A program made the position numbers and the translations under genes. From an uncultured Chthonomonadaceae bacterium (GTDB lineage Bacteria; Armatimonadota; Chthonomonadetes; Chthonomonadales; Chthonomonadaceae), in NCBI GenBank assembly GCA_963817895.1, contig CAWFQB010000004.1:832001-896000 (forward strand): a DNA stretch of 64,000 nucleotides, read 5' to 3'. The notes under the pieces were generated by a model that worked only from the letters and a program-made list of their open reading frames with translations, did not search any database and was not told the origin of the DNA. Below, piece by piece: positions 1-9,537 of this stretch. The first letter of the stretch is position 1. Every line of letters begins with the position of its first letter.

Positions 1-461
1 TCCTTCAACTGAATGTAGGTCGCATCACGTTCCAGCCATTTTGTTTGATCTTGAAAATGCAGCAGATACCACAACTCAAAACTCGGGTTGGAGATTGCAA
101 GCCGAACATTATTGCTTTTCGCGAGATCAAGCGCCTCATCCCAATCCCGCTTGTTATGGTTATAATGTTCAACTCCGTCATAAACCGCCCAAATGCTGTC
201 TCCTCTGACTCTCTCATCCCAGTCGTGAAGCTGGAATTGTTTTTTACGTTCTGCCAGGGCAAATTCAACGATGTTGCGTGGGTTTGTCGCGCCGGAATGG
301 TGAACAGGAACTAATTGCTTAGATAGTCTCAAGTCCATCCGAAGGGCATTGAAGTAGCCAGTTTCCGTCTTTGCGCCTTCACAAACGATAACAACTTTTG
401 GCCTCTCGTCTTGATGCAGAGAAGTACGTTTAGATGTTGATCTATGGAAGCCGCCTGGCAT
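1..461 (-). CDS. RloB family protein (partial, runs off window start)
   Basis: Manual translation from ATG at 461, overlapping the upstream stop (TAATG): MPGGFHRSTSK...VIVCEGAKTETGYF...AISNPSFELWYLLHF. CEGxxTExxYF and SNPxFELW motifs are RloB-like. Missing from the ORF track because there is no stop in the window. Confidence 0.8.
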   Translation of the reverse strand, partial: MPGGFHRSTSKRTSLHQDERPKVVIVCEGAKTETGYFNALRMDLRLSKQLVPVHHSGATNPRNIVEFALAERKKQFQLHDWDERVRGDSIWAVYDGVEHYNHNKRDWDEALDLAKSNNVRLAISNPSFELWYLLHFQDQTKWLERDATYIQLK

Positions 462-1741
462 TAGCGCTCTCCTGTTGTAATCAGCGCAAACTCTTCCTCG
501 GAGGGCAGAACAGGGACTGCGCCGAACCGGCCATCGAAGTAGGACCTGTCAATAGCAGCATCGTTGCGCGGCTTAAAATCACTGAGCGGATAAAGTTCCG
601 TGCTGCCACTCACTCGTTTTTGTGTGAACCATATCTGGTCCCGACGCAAAAGTTGATTACGCTGAAGCGTGTTGTCGTGACTGGTAAAGATCAGCTGCGC
701 TCGGTTTGGGTTTGTCTTTGGGCTTTGGAACAGCGTTACAATTTCGCGAGCAATGTGAGGATGAATGTTGGAACCAAGTTCATCTATAAAGATTGCCCCT
801 CCCGTATCAAATGCCCTGAGCAAGTTGTCAGCAAGGACAAACAAGCGGCGTGTTCCAATGGATTTAAAGTGCCATGGGAACTTTGTGTCCTTCCCGTTGG
901 TTTCATGCCACGCATAAACTACCGGGCGATTCACGCCTGCTGCATCTAGTTCGAGAGCAATCTCAATCCGGTCAACACCTGTGTCAAACTGACGTACCAG
1001 CGTTGAAATTCTTGCAAGATGTTTCGGCTCTTGATAGGCGCGTTGGGCGGCCTGGTATTCGTCAAGCCAGTCCCATCCATGCCTGAATCCATATAAATGG
1101 CCTGCTATCCAGGATTTATATGTATCTACGACAGGTACGTTTAACCGCATCAAGAGGCCGATAAAAGTATCGCGTTCATGCAGACTGGTCTCGAGTTGAG
1201 TGTGTGACCCAACGAAGAGTTTGCCGTTTTTCCATTCATATTGCTTACTCGCTTCATTCCATGCGCGTTGATAAAGCAACCGATTCCTTTTTGTTGAAAC
1301 ATGGACACTGTACAAACTTTCCAGTAGAATACGTTCACGCCCGAGATGAAGCGTATACGTATAAATCGTCTGTTGGATAGCGACGCGAAGTTCAAATCGT
1401 ACAGGCTCTTTTTGCGTTGTTTCTTCAAGCATAAATGGATGAAATAACTGCCAGTTGGTGGCAGCATCGTCACGACTGACGACCATAAAATCAAGAAGAT
1501 GCCCCACAGCGGAAATGACATTACTTTTGCCGGAAGCATTCGCGCCGAATATACCGAGAACGGGAAGCAGTTCAAAGTTCCAGCCTTCCACAGCAACAGG
1601 GGGCGCAATTTCATCGTCTGGTGTAATGTAGCGCGTCGAGTTCTTTCCTGCCGGAACAGTCTTGGTTTTTTGCGCTACGGCGCTCAATGTGACCGGCTCT
1701 TTAATAGAGCGGAAGTTTTCTACCGTGAAATCTATGAGCAT
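461..1741 (-). CDS. AAA_21/RloA-type ABC-like ATPase
   Basis: N-terminal ENFRSIKE, Walker A GANASGKSN, signature-like SIGTRRL, Walker B IFIDEL, QLIFTSH and C-terminal GRFGAVP. Confidence 0.85.
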   Translation of the reverse strand: MLIDFTVENFRSIKEPVTLSAVAQKTKTVPAGKNSTRYITPDDEIAPPVAVEGWNFELLPVLGIFGANASGKSNVISAVGHLLDFMVVSRDDAATNWQLFHPFMLEETTQKEPVRFELRVAIQQTIYTYTLHLGRERILLESLYSVHVSTKRNRLLYQRAWNEASKQYEWKNGKLFVGSHTQLETSLHERDTFIGLLMRLNVPVVDTYKSWIAGHLYGFRHGWDWLDEYQAAQRAYQEPKHLARISTLVRQFDTGVDRIEIALELDAAGVNRPVVYAWHETNGKDTKFPWHFKSIGTRRLFVLADNLLRAFDTGGAIFIDELGSNIHPHIAREIVTLFQSPKTNPNRAQLIFTSHDNTLQRNQLLRRDQIWFTQKRVSGSTELYPLSDFKPRNDAAIDRSYFDGRFGAVPVLPSEEEFALITTGER

Positions 1742-2006
1742 TGAAATTTTATTACATCCTGATTTGCGTGAAAAAACAACGCAAATCGTGTTCTAAGGTA
1801 TGGTGAATATAGTGTAGCATGGAATTGCCCACAAGTTGTGGGCGATTTTCGAGTTAGTGATTTTGTGGCATAACGACGCGAACATACGTTTAATAGGGGA
1901 ACGCCACTTTCCGCTTTCCGCAGTATTGATAATGGAAAGCAGGTTTTTGGCAACGATTTAGCGAACTCAGGCACACATTGCGAAGAGAATGTTGGGGGTG
2001 AGTATA

Positions 2007-3230
2007 ATGGTGGCGAGTACGCAAAGCACAAATGAAGCGAGTGGCGAACAGGAGAGTGGAATTCAGCGCGTTTTTATTGTGGTGCTGGATGGGGTGGGGG
2101 CGGGGGAACTGCCGGACGCGGACAAGTACGGCGATGTGGGCAGCAACACGCTGGCGCATACGGCGCAGGCAGTCGGCGGGCTGAAGTTGCCGAACATGGG
2201 CAGGTTGGGACTGGGGCATATCACGGCGATTGAGGGGGTTCCGCCCGATCCCGCGCCAACCGGCTGTTGGGGCAAAATGCGGGAAGCTTCGCCGGGAAAA
2301 GACACGATCACGGGGCATTGGGAGATTGCGGGCGTGGTTTTGACGCATCCGTTTCCCACGTATCCGAACGGGTTTCCCCCGGAGGTTATGCGCGCTTTCG
2401 AGCAGGCGATTGGAACCGGGACACTGGGCAATTACGCGGCTTCCGGCACGACGATTATTCAGGAATTGGGAGCGAAACACGTTCGTACCGGGTTTCCGAT
2501 TGTGTATACGTCGGCGGACAGCGTGTTTCAGATCGCCATGCACGAAGAGGTGTTTCCGATTGCGCGGCAGTATGAGATTTGCGAACTGGCGCGGAATTTG
2601 CTGGTCGGAGAACATGCCGTAGGCCGCGTGATTTGCCGCCCGTTTGAGGGAGCGGAAGGCCGTTACAAGCGTACCGAACGACGCAAAGATTATCCGGTTA
2701 TGCCGCCGCCGACTGTGCTGGATGAACTTATGGCGGGAGGCAAGACCGTTCACGCTATCGGCAAGATTTACGAGATATTTGCCGGACGCGGCATTACAAC
2801 CTGGGATCACACGACCAACAATCCTGACCATATTGCCGCGCTGCTTCGCGCCGCGCAAACCAACGACAGCGATCTGATTTTTGCCAATCTGGAAGATTTC
2901 GACATGCTGTACGGACATCGCAATGATCCGCAGGGACTGGCGAACGCGCTGGAAGAATGGGACGCGGCCCTGCCCGCCATTCTCGACGCGCTGCGACCGG
3001 GCGACCTGTTGTTCCTTACCGCCGATCACGGCAACGACCCGACAACGCCCTCGACCGACCATTCCCGCGAGTATCCGTTTCTGCTGGCGTATGGCCCGAC
3101 ACTGCGCAAGGGGATTGATGCAGGCATCCGTTCCACCTACGCCGACCTTGCCGCCACCGTACGCGACGCCTTTCAACTCCCCCCCGGCGAACACGGCGCG
3201 AGCCTGCTCCCGGCAATCATTCCATCGTGA
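2007..3230 (+). CDS. deoB: phosphopentomutase
   Basis: VLDGVGAGELPDA, GKDTITGHWE, YTSADSVFQIA, DFDMLYGHRND, TADHGNDP, TDHSREY. Confidence 0.95.
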   Translation: MVASTQSTNEASGEQESGIQRVFIVVLDGVGAGELPDADKYGDVGSNTLAHTAQAVGGLKLPNMGRLGLGHITAIEGVPPDPAPTGCWGKMREASPGKDTITGHWEIAGVVLTHPFPTYPNGFPPEVMRAFEQAIGTGTLGNYAASGTTIIQELGAKHVRTGFPIVYTSADSVFQIAMHEEVFPIARQYEICELARNLLVGEHAVGRVICRPFEGAEGRYKRTERRKDYPVMPPPTVLDELMAGGKTVHAIGKIYEIFAGRGITTWDHTTNNPDHIAALLRAAQTNDSDLIFANLEDFDMLYGHRNDPQGLANALEEWDAALPAILDALRPGDLLFLTADHGNDPTTPSTDHSREYPFLLAYGPTLRKGIDAGIRSTYADLAATVRDAFQLPPGEHGASLLPAIIPS

Positions 3231-3381
3231 AATTTGGTATTCAGCAGGGGGGCGGCTGATAGTCTTGCCGCGTATAAGCAAACGTGTGCCTGTTGCGGAG
3301 TTGCGCATCGGCAGTTTCGGCTGCCTGTCTGACACTACACGGTACTATGCAGCATAGTGTCAGACAAGAGCGCAGCAAATT

Positions 3382-4350
3382 CTACCAGGCGTAATCTTCG
3401 GGGGCGGTTTTCTTGCCGGGGAAGATTTCGTTGAGCTTCTGGTTGGTTTCCTCCGAGAGAGTGATTTCGAGGGAACGGATTTGGCCTTCCAGTTGCTCCT
3501 GTGTGCGCGGGCCGATGATGGGCGCGGTTATGGCCGGGTTTTGCAGCATCCAGGCAATGGCGACATCGGCGGGCTTTTCGCCCAGTTCACGGCACAAGCC
3601 TTCCCACGCCTCGATTGCAGTCCGGTTCTTTTCCAGTTGCTTTTGAACGCCCTCGCCTGCCCGTCGCCCCTGATTCTCCTTTTCAATCACGCCGCCGAGC
3701 AACCCGCCGGCAAGCGGACTCCACGGAATGATGCCCACGCCGTATTTTTCGGAAGCGGGAATCACTTCCAGTTCGATATTGCGGTTGAGCAGGTGATAGA
3801 TGGATTGCTCCGAAATCAGTCCGAGCGTGTTCCGTCGTTTCGCCGCTTCGTTGGCCTGTACGATATGCCAGCCCGCGAAGTTGGACGAGCCGACGTACAG
3901 GATTTTGCCCTGCGCAATGGCGACCTCGAACGCTTCCCACAGTTCGTCCCAGGGCGCGTCCCGCCAGATATGGTGCATCTGGTACAGGTCAATGTAATCG
4001 GTTTTTAACCGGCGGAGGCTGTTGTCAAGTTCGCGGCGAATGGTCAGTTTGTTGAGACGGTTCTGGTTGGGCCAGTCGCCCATATCGCCGTAAAGTTTTG
4101 TCGCGATAATTACTTTCTCGCGCCGTCCGCCGCCCTGCGCCCACCATCTGCCGACGATCTGCTCCGTGACGCCTTCGCCCTTTTTCCAGCCGTAGACATT
4201 GGCGGTATCGAAGAAGTTGATGCCCAGGTCAAGGGCTTTGTCCATGATCTTGTAGCTGTCTTCTTCACTGGTCTGCGGCCCGAAGTTCATTGTACCCAGG
4301 CACAGCCGGCTCACTTTCAGCGCGGTACGCCCCATGTTTGTATACTGCAT
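3382..4350 (-). CDS. aldo/keto reductase
   Basis: VSRLCLGTMNFG, FFDTANVYG, IATK, DYIDLYQMH, PWSPLAGGLL. Confidence 0.92.
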   Translation of the reverse strand: MQYTNMGRTALKVSRLCLGTMNFGPQTSEEDSYKIMDKALDLGINFFDTANVYGWKKGEGVTEQIVGRWWAQGGGRREKVIIATKLYGDMGDWPNQNRLNKLTIRRELDNSLRRLKTDYIDLYQMHHIWRDAPWDELWEAFEVAIAQGKILYVGSSNFAGWHIVQANEAAKRRNTLGLISEQSIYHLLNRNIELEVIPASEKYGVGIIPWSPLAGGLLGGVIEKENQGRRAGEGVQKQLEKNRTAIEAWEGLCRELGEKPADVAIAWMLQNPAITAPIIGPRTQEQLEGQIRSLEITLSEETNQKLNEIFPGKKTAPEDYAW

Positions 4351-4454
4351 CGTGATCTCCCCTCCAAAATTTTGCTTTCACAGAGTATACGCGCCAAGGG
4401 GCATAGTGTCTGCACGGATCAGAAGGATGTACAGATCGCCTGGTTGTCGCTAAC

Positions 4455-5288
4455 CTATCGGCTTCCTGCCGGTTGCGGCGTCTGTGTTCTTCGCCTGAAA
4501 AGGGGCAGCCATTTTGTCTCCGAGCGCCCCTCCAGCGCCTTCTCAGGCTGATATCGCGTTACCAACCTGCCCAGGGTGAAGCCATAGACAATATGACCGA
4601 TCAGGCTCAGAATGAAGCTCTTGAGATTGAGAACAAACAGCATCTCCTCCCCTCGCGGAGAAATCTTCAGCGTCGCCAACAGACACAGCCAGATGAACAC
4701 TCCGAATGTCACCCCGATCTGAGAAAGGCGCTTTGCATCCAGACCCAACCGCAGATTCTGAGGCAGGCTCTGGCGGATCAGCGAGAAGGCAGCCACAAAG
4801 GCCATTCCCATTCCGCCTCCATTGCCCAGGTAACGCCACAGATACCCCACTGCCACATGACGCTGACCATCGCTCAAAAGCCAGCCGCCGATCCTGGGAA
4901 CGAAGTCGCTCCACAACCCTGCCAGAATGAAGGGCAGACGGACCGCATCGTAGCAGGTGACGGCGATAATGCCCATCAGAAACCCTCGCAGCATCAGTTT
5001 CCCATAAGCAGGCGAAACTACCCCCATCACCAGAGCAACGATCACCGCAGGAATAACAAGGAGCAGAGTTCCTATCGGAAGCGTTCCGACGCCGATGACG
5101 GCGAGGGCGAGAGCGGTGATGGGCGCAAAGCCGATCCCAAGCATCGCCGCCGCTCCGATCCAATCCTGATGCACCAACAGGGGCTGGTTGCGCGCGACCG
5201 TTGATTTAAGGTTTGCGTTGCCGGTGAGGAGCGAGGCGGAATGAGGGGGAGCTGTCAGGTTATTGACGTTGCTGTTGTTGGCGTTCAT
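4455..5288 (-). CDS. hypothetical multi-pass membrane protein
   Basis: ORF with about 6 hydrophobic segments and no recognised motif. Confidence 0.6.
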   Translation of the reverse strand: MNANNSNVNNLTAPPHSASLLTGNANLKSTVARNQPLLVHQDWIGAAAMLGIGFAPITALALAVIGVGTLPIGTLLLVIPAVIVALVMGVVSPAYGKLMLRGFLMGIIAVTCYDAVRLPFILAGLWSDFVPRIGGWLLSDGQRHVAVGYLWRYLGNGGGMGMAFVAAFSLIRQSLPQNLRLGLDAKRLSQIGVTFGVFIWLCLLATLKISPRGEEMLFVLNLKSFILSLIGHIVYGFTLGRLVTRYQPEKALEGRSETKWLPLFRRRTQTPQPAGSR

Positions 5289-5473
5289 GAGCAAGAGTCC
5301 TTGTAAGCGTATAGGCGCAGGTTCTCAGGTATTGACAGGAACTCGCCGTTGCAAATCGGAAAGGCGACATTGCGCGAATTATATACATTTCCTTGCTTTT
5401 AAGCCAATCTCCTGCAAGTTTACAAAGAATATGGTATTTATTCTGGCTTTCACTTGGCGTTCGCTTGTGAACA

Positions 5474-5505
5474 TCCCCTCTCCCCAAATGCCTGAGAGGG
5501 GAGAA
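5474..5505. repeat. partial CCCCTCTCC...GAGAGGGGAGAA palindromic repeat
   Basis: Hairpin core matches the copies at 27541, 53761, 15487 and 21862. Confidence 0.55.
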
Positions 5506-5593
5506 TAGTTACAGAATAGGGTAACAATTCGTTTCCGCGCGCATCCACGATTGAACAAATGACGTGCTTTGAACTATTTGAAGCCGGAGAGAA

Positions 5594-7744
5594 TCAGGCG
5601 CTATGCAGCAAGGAGATAACTGCATCGCCATACGCTTCCAGTTTGCGCGGCCCGATGCCTGCGATATGCTGCATAGTTTCCAGCGAATCGGGATTGAGTT
5701 GAGCAATGGATCGCAGCGTGGCGTCATGGAAAATAACATACGGCGGCAGGTTCTGGCGGTCAGCCTCAATGCGCCGCCATGCCCGCAGTTTTTCAAACCG
5801 GTCGTCTTCGTCGGCATCGTAGGGCGCATCCGTTTGCGAAACCTGTGTGGAATTGTCCGAGGAAGCGCGAATTGCGCCGCGCGTTCCTGTCGCGTTTTTG
5901 GAAGTGTTTTTCAGGGGATTGGCAAGGATTTCGTTCTGCTCATCCAGCGCGTCATGGCCTGCTCTGGTCAGGGCAAGGAGGGGATAATCGCCCTCCTGAT
6001 TGAGACGCAGCCATTCCTCCGTAACCAGCGTATCGAGAAACCCGCGCAGGGTTTTCAGGGTAAACCCGGCAAGCGCGCCATGATTACGGCAGCGGGCGGC
6101 AGGAACGGGACTGTCTGCCGCCCCGGTCAGCACTTTGGCAATGCCCGTTCGCCCAAGCGGAAATGGCAGGGAGGCAAGGCACTCCAATATCACGCGCCCG
6201 ACATCGGGAACCTGCGCGGATGTGGGAGCCGCTATGCGAACTGCCGCTTCCTGTACGCTGATCTGGGACGCGGTTCCCCGGCACTGGTCGCAGGCGTCGC
6301 CGCAGGGATCGAGCGTCTGGTCGAAGTGGCGCGACAGGGATACGTGGCGGCACTGCGAACCTTCGGCGTAGCCCATCATATCGGCAAGGCGGCGCTCCTC
6401 ATGGTCGCGGCGCGATTGCAGCAGAGTGTCGAGTTCGGCGCGGGCGGTCGGCGGGGCAGGCGGTATCTCAATCTGGAAGGCGTAGCCGCTTTCCAGATGC
6501 CGACGGGCCAGCCCGCAGCGTTCCAGCATGGAAATGGCGACGCGCAGCCGGGTGGCATGGTTCGGATCGTTCGCTTCCGCGCCGAACACTTCCCGCTGTA
6601 TTTCGTCGGGCGACACAAAGCCGGTTCCCCGTCCGATACGCGCTTTTAATATCCGGTACGTATCGCGCACATCGGGCAATGTCACCTCGTTTTGCCGTTT
6701 CCAGCGGTTCAGGTTGGTTTTATCGCTGCCCGCGATCAGCAGAACACAACGGGACAATTTGCCGTCGCGCCCCGCCCGTCCCGCCTCCTGCGTGTACGCT
6801 TCCAGCGACTCAGGTAAGGTGAAATGTACGACAAAACGCACGTTTGCCTTGTCCACGCCCATGCCGAACGCGACGGTTGCCACCATCACGCGGGCATTGC
6901 CGAGCATGAACCGCTCCTGCGTTTCCCGGCGCGTTTCCCTGTCCAGTCCCGCATGATAAAAGGCGGCGGAAATTCCCTGCTTGTTTAGCAGTCCGGTCAG
7001 TTGTTCGCACCGGTCGCGGGAATTGGCGTAAACGATACCCGCTCCGGGCGTTTCCTTACAGACGGTGACTAATCTGCGCATTTTTTCATCGGCATTGCCG
7101 CAGGGGAACACCTCCATGCGCAGATTGGGCCGGAACAGGGGCGCGGTGACAGGCTGAAGTTCGCGCCCCAATTGCTTGCCGATTTCGGACTGCATTTCGG
7201 TTGTCGCCGTTGCCGTTAGCGCAAGCACGGTTGGCGGCTGACCGCTTTCGTCCAGCAGTTCAATAGCCTTGCGGATGAATAGGTAGTCCGGGCGAAAATC
7301 GTGGCCCCATACGCTGATGCAGTGCGCTTCGTCTATCACGACAAGCGACAGCCCGACGCGCTGCAACAGGCGCAAAAATTCCTGCTGACGCAAACGTTCC
7401 GGCGCGGCATAAATCAGCCGGTACGTTCCTGTCTCGATTCCTTCCAGTCGCCGCGTCACTTCGGCAAAGTCCAGACTGCTGTTAATCAGAGTGGCTTGCG
7501 GGTACACGGCAGGCGGCAGGCCATCCAGTTGATCCTGCATCAGCGCGATGAGTGGAGATATGACAAGGGTAGGGTGGGGCAGCAGTAACGCCGGCAACTG
7601 GTAGCACAGCGATTTGCCCGCGCCCGTCGGCAGAACGCCCAATGTGTCCTGTCCCGCCATCACCTGCCGGATAATATCTTCCTGATAAGGCCGAAATTCG
7701 GCATGTCCGAAATTCGCTTCCAGCGCGGCGCGTAAATCTGTCAT
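5594..7744 (-). CDS. recQ: RecQ family ATP-dependent DNA helicase with RQC and HRDC domains
   Basis: LPTGAGKSLCYQ, DEAHCISVWGHDFRP, ATVAFGMGVDK, QEAGRAGRDG, Zn-binding CRH...CDQC, HRDC LPPYVIFHDATL. Start codon uncertain. Confidence 0.93.
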   Translation of the reverse strand: MTDLRAALEANFGHAEFRPYQEDIIRQVMAGQDTLGVLPTGAGKSLCYQLPALLLPHPTLVISPLIALMQDQLDGLPPAVYPQATLINSSLDFAEVTRRLEGIETGTYRLIYAAPERLRQQEFLRLLQRVGLSLVVIDEAHCISVWGHDFRPDYLFIRKAIELLDESGQPPTVLALTATATTEMQSEIGKQLGRELQPVTAPLFRPNLRMEVFPCGNADEKMRRLVTVCKETPGAGIVYANSRDRCEQLTGLLNKQGISAAFYHAGLDRETRRETQERFMLGNARVMVATVAFGMGVDKANVRFVVHFTLPESLEAYTQEAGRAGRDGKLSRCVLLIAGSDKTNLNRWKRQNEVTLPDVRDTYRILKARIGRGTGFVSPDEIQREVFGAEANDPNHATRLRVAISMLERCGLARRHLESGYAFQIEIPPAPPTARAELDTLLQSRRDHEERRLADMMGYAEGSQCRHVSLSRHFDQTLDPCGDACDQCRGTASQISVQEAAVRIAAPTSAQVPDVGRVILECLASLPFPLGRTGIAKVLTGAADSPVPAARCRNHGALAGFTLKTLRGFLDTLVTEEWLRLNQEGDYPLLALTRAGHDALDEQNEILANPLKNTSKNATGTRGAIRASSDNSTQVSQTDAPYDADEDDRFEKLRAWRRIEADRQNLPPYVIFHDATLRSIAQLNPDSLETMQHIAGIGPRKLEAYGDAVISLLHSA

Positions 7745-7904
7745 GGCCCTCATGCTCCCGTACCCTAAACTTAGTAGTTCGATTAGTTTGTCTACTCTAT
7801 TGTAGCACGGGCTGTTCATTCGTTTTGCAGGATTTTGCGCAAGAGATGGTTAAATCAATACCATTCGAGAAGGTCATTTTTGCCGTTCAAAATAAGGGAT
7901 CAAA

Positions 7905-8984
7905 ATGAGAATGTTTCACGCGAAGTTTGTGGGAATGTTTGTAGCCATGTCCGCTATTTGTTGCCTTGCGTCTGGAAAATTACCCGCGCAAAAAGCGGAA
8001 ACGCCGAAGGGGGAACAGGCGGTATTGGAACGCATATCCGCAAATTCGCTGCGCGGGCATCTCTCCTTTCTCGCCTCCGATCTTTTGGAGGGCAGGGCAA
8101 CGCCCTCGCGGGGATTGGATTTAGCGGCAGAGTACATTGCGGCGCAGTTTCGGCGGGCGGGACTGGAACCGGCGGGGGATGACGGCTATTTTCAAACCAC
8201 CATGCTGACGGCGCGGGGTTCCGACAAGCCGGAAAAAGTTCGCAATGTGATCGGGGTTCTGCGCGGTTCTGACCCGGCGCTGAAGGACACGTATATTCTG
8301 CTGACCGCTCATTACGACCATCTTGGTATGCGTCCTAACCCAGACGGAACCGGGCCAGCCACGATCTTCAATGGCGCAAACGACGATGGCAGCGGAACCG
8401 TGTCCGTGATTGAACTGGCGTCTGCATTGAGCGAAATGAAAACGCGCCCGCGCCGCTCCATCGTCTTTATGACCTTTTTTGGCGAAGAACGTGGCCTGCT
8501 CGGTTCCCGCTATTACGGGGCGCATCCGGTTTTCCCGGTCGCGAAAACCATTGCCGATATCAACCTTGAACAGATCGGACGCACGGACGATACGGAAGGG
8601 CCGCGCGTTGCGGGCGTGTCCATGACCGGCTTCGATTTTTCTGATCTCGGCGCGATCTTTCAGAAAGCCGGGAAGTCTGTCGGGGTTGAGGTCAGCAAGC
8701 ACCCGCGCAACAGCGACGCCTTTTTCGCCCGCAGCGACAATCAGGCAATGGCGGATTTGGGCGTACCCGCGCACACGCTTTGCACAGCCTATATGTTTCC
8801 CGATTATCACCGGCCCGGCGACCACTGGGAAAAAGTAGATTATGACAACATGGCAAAGGTAGACCGCATGGTAGCGCTTGGACTGCTGACGCTCGCCAAT
8901 TCCCCAAAAGAACCGATGTGGAACCCGGCCAATCCGAAAGCCACTCGCTATCTGCAAGCCTGGAAAACTCTGCACGGCGGATAA
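7905..8984 (+). CDS. secreted M28 family metallopeptidase
   Basis: Signal peptide, AHYDH, NGANDDGSG, GEERGLLGS, DYH. Confidence 0.9.
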   Translation: MRMFHAKFVGMFVAMSAICCLASGKLPAQKAETPKGEQAVLERISANSLRGHLSFLASDLLEGRATPSRGLDLAAEYIAAQFRRAGLEPAGDDGYFQTTMLTARGSDKPEKVRNVIGVLRGSDPALKDTYILLTAHYDHLGMRPNPDGTGPATIFNGANDDGSGTVSVIELASALSEMKTRPRRSIVFMTFFGEERGLLGSRYYGAHPVFPVAKTIADINLEQIGRTDDTEGPRVAGVSMTGFDFSDLGAIFQKAGKSVGVEVSKHPRNSDAFFARSDNQAMADLGVPAHTLCTAYMFPDYHRPGDHWEKVDYDNMAKVDRMVALGLLTLANSPKEPMWNPANPKATRYLQAWKTLHGG

Positions 8985-9033
8985 TCTAGTACAAACCGGG
9001 TGGCGGGCAGATTGACCTCCTCGTTTGCTTCCG

Positions 9034-9439
9034 CTATTCCTCCAGAAACGGCAGGCGCAACGCTTCCCGCAACGCGCGCAGTTCCTGCTTATGGCGGTAG
9101 GAGAGCCTGGCTAATATTTCTTCCCCTTTTGGTGTCAGCAACACGCGAACCTGACGCCGATCCTCACTGTCCGGCGCGCGCAGCGCCAATCCCGCCACTA
9201 CGCAGCGATTTACCAGACCAACCGCCGCATTATGCCGAATCTTGCAAGAACTCGGCAAGATCGGAAACGGACGCCCAATCCCGGCCTGCCTGCCCCTTCA
9301 CTGCCAGTAGCAACTGGTGTTGCTGTGGCGTCAATCCCTCGGAGCGCGCAGCCGTCTCGCTGAACCTCAGAAATCTGCGCATGCTTGCGCGAAATGTCGC
9401 CAAAGCTTCGTAATCCGCCTTTGTGACCTGTTCCGACAT
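9034..9439 (-). CDS. MarR family regulator (apparent frameshift near 9243)
   Basis: ORFs 9230-9439 (GLTPQQHQLLLAVKG...LAEFLQ) and 9034-9258 (IRHNAAVGLVNR...EDRRQVRVLLT) join if one base is removed. Divergent from the ClC gene. Confidence 0.82.
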
Positions 9440-9537
9440 GTCTCAGTCCTCCAATCTGCTGAAAATTATATCGCATTGTGATATAATTTAGTGTCTGCTT
9501 TTCCACATTCACGATTTTATACCCAGGAGGGTAACAG

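Noticed and set aside
1890..3335. Long antisense ORFs (opposite deoB, recQ, asnS, the permease)
   Set aside because: Typical high-GC reverse-strand shadows of well-supported genes.
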